Assembly: GCF_006345805.1 (NCBI RefSeq)
Contig: NC_043000.1
Span: forward strand, 8,618,001-8,682,000
DNA from: Octopus sinensis
Lineage: Eukaryota
Reading direction: 5' to 3'
Length of the DNA: 64,000 nucleotides
The notes under the pieces: generated by a model
What the model was told of the DNA's origin: nothing
The model's database searches: none
The model's input: only the letters and a program-made list of their open reading frames with translations
Shown: in pieces, positions 62,156-64,000 of the stretch
Numbering within the stretch: position 1 is the stretch's first letter
Layout: every line of letters starts with the position of its first letter
Position numbers and translations under genes: made by a program

Positions 62156-63313
62156 TAATACAAAATAAGAAGATGGAGAAATACATCGAAATCAAATATC
62201 AATTACCAGATAATACTCAATCACATACTTTATTAAACCACCACATGAGAAACTATAAGGTTAAACATAATAATATAGGGCAAAACAGTGTACATAAAGG
62301 AGTGTACATAAAAGAGTAATGTTATACAATAAGTAGAATATGTATAAGAGAAAATAAATATAAGTACACTTAGATATAAACATAGACTACATCTTACAGC
62401 TGTTTCGGCCATGTAGATAAGTATGTCTCATTTTACTTATATTAGCCATTTATGGTAGGTCAATATGTAGTTATAAATGAGACATTTACAAAAATATCCT
62501 AAGGCCTCTTTGGAGATTATGTGACACAAATCAGATTACATACATACTTATACAGGTGTGGGTACATACCCATAATAAAACATATACATATACATATGAG
62601 TGCATATACTCATACTCCCATGACAATGATAATGATGCTAACATTAATGACATTTTGGAAATTAATAAGAATTAATATAATGTACTCTTGACTCTGTATA
62701 TCTGCATTTAGGCATTAATATGTGTATGTTTTACTACATTGTAATTATCACAATATTAGGTTGAAAACTGTAACATTGAATGTGGAGCATATGTATGTTT
62801 ATTAATTTATATTATTTATATCATTATGTATATGTATATTTATATGTATAGGAGTATGAGTATATGCACTCATATGTATATGTATATGTTTTATTATGGG
62901 TATGTACCCACACCTATATAAGTATGTATGTAATCTGATTTGTATCACATAATTTCCGAAGAGGCCTTAGGATATTTTTGTAAATGTCTCATTTATAACT
63001 ACATATTGACCTACCATAAATGGCTAATATAAGTAAAATGAGACATACTTATCTACATGGCCGAAACAGCTGTAAGATGTAGTCTATGTTTATATCTAAG
63101 TGTACTTATATTTATTTTCTCTTATACATATTCTACTTATTGTATAACATTACTCTTTTATGTACACTCCTTTATGTACACTGTTTTGCCCTACATTATT
63201 ATGTTTAACCTTATAGTTTCTCATGTGGTGGTTTAATAAAGTATGTGATCGAGTATTATCTGGTAATTGATATTTGATTTCGATGTATTTCTCCATTTTC
63301 TTATTTTGTATTA
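62156..63313. mobile_element. Large PLE-type fold-back: 463-bp arms, 232-bp spacer
   Basis: 62156-62618 is the reverse complement of 62851-63313 with about 7 transitions; left end abuts (TA)n. Confidence 0.9.
62952..63078 (+). ncRNA. Type I hammerhead motif with 92-nt structured stem II insert, U4C variant (mirror on minus strand 62391-62517 has G5A)
   Basis: AUUU(AUCU in mirror)-CCGAAGA-GGCC[92 nt]GGCC-GAA ACAGCUGU-A-AGAU. Confidence 0.62.
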
Positions 63314-63501
63314 TGAATTTGTGGTAAATCATTTTGCCTTTGCCCATATAATACAGTAAATGAATTAATTGCATCGCAATTCTTAACATTTATATATTAA
63401 CTTTGTTGGGTACTTCACTAGCAGTATATTGGATATATGTTATCCCATGGAGGGTTGCATTTACAACCCCTATCTCAATTTGTGTGTATATATATATATT
63501 A

Positions 63502-64000
63502 TCTATATATAAAACTGAATTGCGTTTTTACCGCTTGGATCGCTTTCAATGCCACTACATCCCGTCCGATTCGCTCCAAAATTTACAGGGACATGTAGAA
63601 TGAGGTGACGATGCGCGTGGGCTATCTTAAAAGGTGTGGTTGCTAGGGGCCATCTTCCTCACTCACCCTACTTCCTCCAGTACTCTCTCACTCCTCTTCA
63701 TTTGACAATGCCACTACGGTTATTTAATGTAAAGTCTTCCTCAAATCACTCTCTGTCTGTTTCCTCTCTTCCAAGAACATTTTCACTCACTCTTATCTCT
63801 TAGCTTCCCACACATTTTACTCATGTATCTATCAGTTTCATAGACAGAAACAAATATTACATCGCCATCGCCATCGCATTCTATTGTCTACCTGTCAACA
63901 CACACACACACACACATATACATATATCTAATATTATATTTTTATTTTTATGTTTTATGTTTTATGTTTTATTTTTCACTCCAAAATTTACACCTTCTCT
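63502..64000 (+). mobile_element. Helitron-like 5' end, runs off window edge
   Basis: A|TCTATATATAAAACTGAA start followed by a CCCGTCCGATT..CCAAAATTT block similar in style to 6457. Confidence 0.45.

Noticed and set aside
63150-63389. 79-aa gene on the minus strand
   Set aside because: Mostly the antisense of a fold-back arm, AT-rich, with no motif.

Overview
Eukaryotic, AT-rich, repeat-saturated DNA. The tRNA-headed SINEs and repeat make-up look like coleoid cephalopod (Octopus) genomic DNA; this is an inference. I found no intact protein-coding gene, rRNA, true tRNA or CRISPR array; most ORF-track entries are microsatellite translations or transposon relics. The window holds dozens of SINE copies in three groups I label A (GGCGGCGAGCTGGCAGAATCGTTAG head), B (GGCGTAGGAGTGGCTGTGTGG head) and C (GGAGGCGC..TGGCCCAGTGGTTAG tRNA head). 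Other relics are Penelope-like (PLE), R4/Dong, L1/Tx1 and CR1 retroelements; mariner DD34D, rosa DD41D, maT and pogo/Tigger DNA transposons; MITEs; and Helitron-like ends. The main signal is a recurring architecture of fold-back (inverted-repeat) units, mostly sitting in (TA)n tracts. Most carry a minimal type I hammerhead ribozyme (HHR) motif: stem I, YUGANRA, stem II, GAAA, short (often palindromic) stem III, NUH. At least eight unrelated sequence contexts share it. They include a C3U/G8A compensatory variant on a Penelope copy, two motifs with very long stem II inserts, and a tRNA-headed SINE-like unit ending in a Penelope-type hammerhead tail with an inverted 5' copy. That last unit is a candidate Penelope-mobilised, ribozyme-bearing SINE. 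All folds and alignments were read by eye, coordinates may be off by a few bases, and no ribozyme activity is demonstrated.
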